This document shows, piece after piece, positions 59,151 to 64,000 of a stretch of DNA of 64,000 nucleotides. Origin of the DNA: Antedon mediterranea (Eukaryota; Animalia; Echinodermata); contig NC_092670.1 in NCBI RefSeq assembly GCF_964355755.1, positions 14,742,795-14,806,794 of the forward strand, in the 5' to 3' direction. A model generated the notes under the pieces. That model did no database searches. It worked only from the letters and a program-made list of their open reading frames with translations, and was not told where the DNA came from. The stretch's first letter is position 1. Each line of letters starts with the position of its first letter. Both the position numbers and the translations under genes were made by a program.

Positions 59151-61254
59151 TGCACGCGTCTAAAATCAGAGCATCCTTGAATGCAGTCGACTGTTCATAA
59201 ACTGAAAAAAGGCACTGGATAACAAGTCTATTACGTGACTAGCTTACCTGAGAGGTCACTGCACACTTCTTAAGGACCAGTTTGCACCCTCAAATTTGCC
59301 GGGCCAACTTCAACCTCCAAAAGCTCTGCTACTGAAAATATTAATGACATTTATTTACGGTAGTCACTAATGAAAAATAATCAGAAGTGAGAATAAGCTA
59401 AAGCCCAAACAAACTCTGCACTTACTCCACACAGACAGTCATTAAAAACTTTTTAATTAAGGACTGATTAATTACTGGGGGATGATGTCCCCGCCTTCTG
59501 TCATGCAAAATTAAGTGGGTGTCTGTCTTCCACAGTTCAATAGAAAATTGGTAATAAAAACGTTAAGAAATAGCCAACAAATTTAATTTAATAGTTTTAG
59601 GCAGGTGTTAAAAACCAGTAATTTGAGCTTTGTATCATGCAGAGAGAAAGTCTAGTCTTTGAGTTTTCTCTTGAATTGATACGGACACCATGCTGGCCAC
59701 AATGGTGTATTCACAAGCTACTATACACATTTTTTAACATTCCTGATGGTATTGTTGCCCCTCTGTCCCTCCAAAGTCGGACCTTACAAGATTTCTATGT
59801 ACAGTACACAAATAATTTTACCATTATCAAACATAATGCTACCTTCTGTATTAAAGATGTCAATTTACAGTACATGCATACTGTATCTTTTGCCATAGAT
59901 GTTTACTGAATCAGCATCACTGTATTTATACTGTACCTAAACTACTTAAATATCTACTGTACTGTACAGTGAAATCAAGTAATTTGAACATAAACATTTA
60001 ATAAGTCTTTCTCTGTATCCTATCACCATATTTTTGGTTGGGGTTGTACACAAATTGTGTTAGGCCTACTACTACTGTATACTTCACTTGTCTATACTTT
60101 TACCAGTGTAGCATAATATCCATATCTCATTGCTACACATTTATCAATGTTATAAACATGCAATACAATCTATACTGAATGTTTCTTAAGTCCAAATTCA
60201 GATTGATCAGTAGCTGTAAACTTATCACTAAATTTGATTAAAATATTCCCTGCTACAGTACAATTGTGAAATTGTAAATTTACAGTAGTCTCGGCATTTG
60301 CACATTTCCACCAATTGAGTTAGTCCCTTAATATGTGAGACAGTACAGAAGTATTTAAAACATTTACTAACTACAATCATGTAAAAGGTTGCTATGCTAC
60401 TGTAGCTCTATCAAAGTATTTTGAGACATCAATTATGTTGTATAGTACTAAACTAAACTATTATTAGAATGTCTTAATGTGACTTCACATAAATGATATT
60501 TTAAAAGTATGTGCATGTTATTGATGTCTTACCTTCAATCAACAATGAAGTTTGTTTATTTAATGTTGATTGTGTCTCTGATTGTGTCAAATGATTGTAC
60601 AATACAGTCTCTCTTCCTTGTAATTGAAATTGCCCAGACAAAATTTATATTATAAATATGATACGTAATGACATCATTTCCTTTGTCCAAGTTTTTTAGG
60701 TAGAAAGAAGGTTTTCCCAACTCTGACGTTTTAATGGTTTACATTCTGTACTGTACATTACGTACAGTATACTGTAAGTGTATAAGCCAAGTATACACTG
60801 TCCGGTTCTTTATCCGGACTGTATTTGGTCGATTTAACATACGGTTCAATTGTAACTTTTAGGAGTCATAGTTTATGGCATCATTTTAAACTTTTCAACA
60901 ATAAAAAATGGCCGTTCAGTACAAGCGAATACATACGTGGTATACCTGAGTTTTGCATTTTAGTTGGTTTTTTCTCTTTCATGGCTTTCTGCCTGTGGGA
61001 AGGTCCACTACTACCAGAATTTATAATAATTTAATGCATTTTATAGCCTGTACATTCAAAACATCATTACAAAATTAGTTTAGCCATGAAGAAACTAATT
61101 TCATCATAATTTAGGTTATTTTATTGTAAATGATAATTGTAAGCTGAAAAATGCTTTGTAAACTTGTTTTCATTTGTTTCTCATAAATCAAGTGGAAACA
61201 GTTTAAAATTTAATATGAGATACATTTTCAATAATTCAAGGCCAGTTACTGTAT

Positions 61255-62184
61255 GGCCCCGTTTCTGCTGCCAAAAATATACCGTATATATACGGTATAT
61301 TTTATATACGGTATATTTTTTGGCAGCAGAAATGGGTCTCATAAAAAATATATAGTATATATTTGCGGTATATATACTGCATAAATATCCCTATCGTTTG
61401 TGGATATTATACGGTATATTCCAAAATATACCGTATATTTCGTTCCCCGTTTCTGCTGCACTCAAAATATACCGTAAATGTGACCCGACTCATGACACGA
61501 GGTCAAAAACTAACAGAGCGCGACGCGTTTGTTTTGGTTTTTCTGCTGCATTGAAAGTTGAAAAACACGTGTAAAAGCAAGCAACAGATCAAAATGTCAC
61601 TGTGGACCGAACAAATCACTATTTTTGCAATTCAATTGTGGGGGGAAGCGAAAGTTGGGGGGAGACTGCATGGCAACAGAAGAGATACCGAGATTTTAAT
61701 TACAATAAATCGAATGTTCTTACACGACAACAACGTGATGTAAAATCATGGTAAAATACTGTATAATAGAAAATGGAAATTAAAACGGCAATATAGGATA
61801 ATATAGCATAATATAAACTCAATTTGAATAACAGAGTTTATTTATAGTGACATTTCTAGATTGTGCTTGTATGTGCGGTGTAAATTTGTTGCCACTTCTG
61901 CTCATTAGATTTAAAATAGAAAGCAATGCTACGACGTTTTGAGAAACCATCATTGTTTTGTTTTTGTCAGCATGTACCGGTAGGTAAAAACCTCACTACA
62001 CGAGGTCAATCCATACTTCCGTCTCACGAAATGCATTTTGGGTAATGAAAGCCAACTTTTTTACAACCCACCCACGAAGTATGTGCAGCGGAAACGGTGC
62101 ACGAATTTCATATACGGTATATATACGGTATATTTATACGGTATATTTATACGGTATATTTTGGGTTGGCAGCAGAAACGGGCC
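61255..62184. mobile_element. Non-autonomous TIR element, ISL2EU/Harbinger-like
   Basis: AT|GGCCC(C)GTTTCTGCTGCCAA ... TTGGCAGCAGAAACGGGCC|AT; AT flanks; many ATATACCGTA/TACGGTATAT subterminal repeats. Confidence 0.8.
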
Positions 62185-62225
62185 ATATGTTGTTGCTTGT
62201 ACAGTATGTATTGTACTGTGTGAAG

Positions 62226-62256
62226 CATAGAGGTACAGATACAGTATACCTCCATG
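62226..62256. mobile_element. P-superfamily-like mini palindrome / excision footprint
   Basis: CATAGAGGTA...TACCTCCATG; 7-bp TSD TGTGAAG. Confidence 0.7.
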
Positions 62257-63019
62257 TGTGAAGCATAATTTATTGTAGGGATGAATGCTCAACCTAAGGC
62301 ATGGAATACATGTAGGCTCATCTGTACTGTGTTTTTCTTTTAGTACTGTATGATTGATAGTTACAGGGTGCTGCACCGCTGTCTTGTCATGTATTGTTGT
62401 GCCTGAAAATTGAATAAAATAAAATAAATAAATAAATAATGTAGATGTTGCAATATATGCTTACGGTATATCCCAAAAAGAAAATTATTTTGTCCACGAC
62501 GACAGGCCCATAACTTTTCCGAAAGATGCATTGGCTGCAACTGAGTCAAATGTGTACACTGGAATAATTCCTGTACTGTACACAACGCCCTCTGACAAAC
62601 TAGGAGAAATTGATAAAAAGTAACCAGTAAAAATGCAAGTGTTTTGATCTGCAGTGCACATATCAAAATACCTTCAAACTAAAAAAATAATACAATTGTT
62701 GAGCAGCCTTTCATTCATACAGTACAAAAGTCATCATGTATAAGGGTCTCGTTGGGATTTTACACTTCCTGTCATCATTACCGATACAATGTACTTCAAA
62801 AGTATTGTTGTATTGTATTGTGATAATTGTATGATTGAAGAAATATTGAAAAGTAAGATCTCAATCTCCGGGACTTTTGATGATCTTGTATTAATATTTA
62901 GACTTTAAGATAAAACAAACAAATTATTGATTGAATAATTAGAATATTGATAGTGTCTGATGATTTCATGGTTATACTGTGTCTGAAATATTGCATTTTT
63001 TAATTGGTTGTGTATTGTA

Positions 63020-63250
63020 TAGCCGTAAAGTAACCGCAAAAGCTTTAAAATAAGTGCAAAGCCTATAAAGTACAAGTCTGTATACTCTAATAAGCGTAAA
63101 ACCCATGAAGTACTTGCCTAAATACTGTCAAAAAAGTGCAGTGCATATAACGTATGCAGACAATGTGCGTAAAGTCCCCTAAAGTAAGCGAAAATACCTA
63201 TAAAATGCAGACCCAAAACGCAAGCACAAAGCCTATAACGTAAACACATT
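63020..63250 (+). repeat. Degenerate ~21-bp tandem repeat
   Basis: Recurrent AAAGTAAGCG..AAAGCCTAT-like units. Confidence 0.5.
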
Positions 63251-64000
63251 TACAAATCTCCACTCCCAATTGATTTTATCATAATTAGGTATTGAGCAAA
63301 ATTGTTAGAAAATAAAAAAGTAAACTGTATGATTTATAAGAAACGCCCAACATCGTAATTGGTGGGTGTAAATGAAATTGATGTGGGTAGTTTCACATGT
63401 AAAGAGTATACAGTAGTACTTGTGTGTATTTGACATCCCTAATTGAACTTCTAAAATGAAAATATTATTTATTACAATGGAATTCTAGGAGTGGTGATTA
63501 TAATTATTGTGTGTAAAGTGTGCAGTCATGTAATGAGTTTTATTTGTCTGGTTTGCTCAAATAGTTTGTTGTCTAGTTGTACCGTATTGGTTGTTTAAAC
63601 ATAAATAAACATGAAAATATCTACTGTAGGCCTATCTTTTCGAATGGGTGGTCTAGGAAGGGAAAGTATTACTTGTAATTTTGTTCAATTTAACTGAAAA
63701 ATGCATTTAATTATTTTGTATAGTTTTGTTTGCGTTATTTGACAAATGTTTGCCATACAACAAGTCATAAATTCAAATAAGAGGATAAACTTAATGTCAA
63801 TTTCACATTTTACAATATAAATATTTTATTAAAAACTATTAATGTGTGTAACGATAGCTACCTGATATGCTGAAAATCAACAGTATTCAAAATTGTAGAC
63901 TTACAGTAAACATGTTTCATGATTTCAAAATAACTCAATTTTTGCTAAATATCTTAGCAGCATTATAGAAAACACTGGTTTGTCCTGGTTATGTACTGTT

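Noticed and set aside
59000-64000. Myosin exon 3 (expected to start ESGAGKT)
   Set aside because: Not found by eye in the remaining sequence; presumably beyond the window

Overview
AT-rich, intron-containing animal genomic DNA. It is probably a marine invertebrate; echinoderm-like is my inference from repeat and motif content, not proven. Two divergently transcribed genes are present. (1) A minus-strand gene, running off the left edge, encodes a very large secreted or cell-surface mosaic protein: signal peptide, 2 EGF, 3 Kazal and at least 47 CCP/Sushi modules. Each module sits on its own phase-1 exon. The CCP modules are atypical: the canonical Trp survives in only 3 of 47, and a His is conserved in 45 of 47. 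(2) The first two coding exons of a class I myosin (MYO1D-like) lie on the plus strand. Introns and the intergenic region are full of transposon material. This includes a 5-kb foldback element with ~1.2-kb terminal inverted repeats (Academ-like ends) enclosing a deleted Penelope/Neptune-like retroelement and two hammerhead-ribozyme motifs on opposite strands. There are also three non-autonomous Helitrons, hAT- and ISL2EU-like elements, LINE fragments, four 28-42 bp P-element-like palindromes with 7-bp target duplications (likely excision footprints), and a 2.4-kb minisatellite. All coordinates and counts were read by eye; no database search was run.
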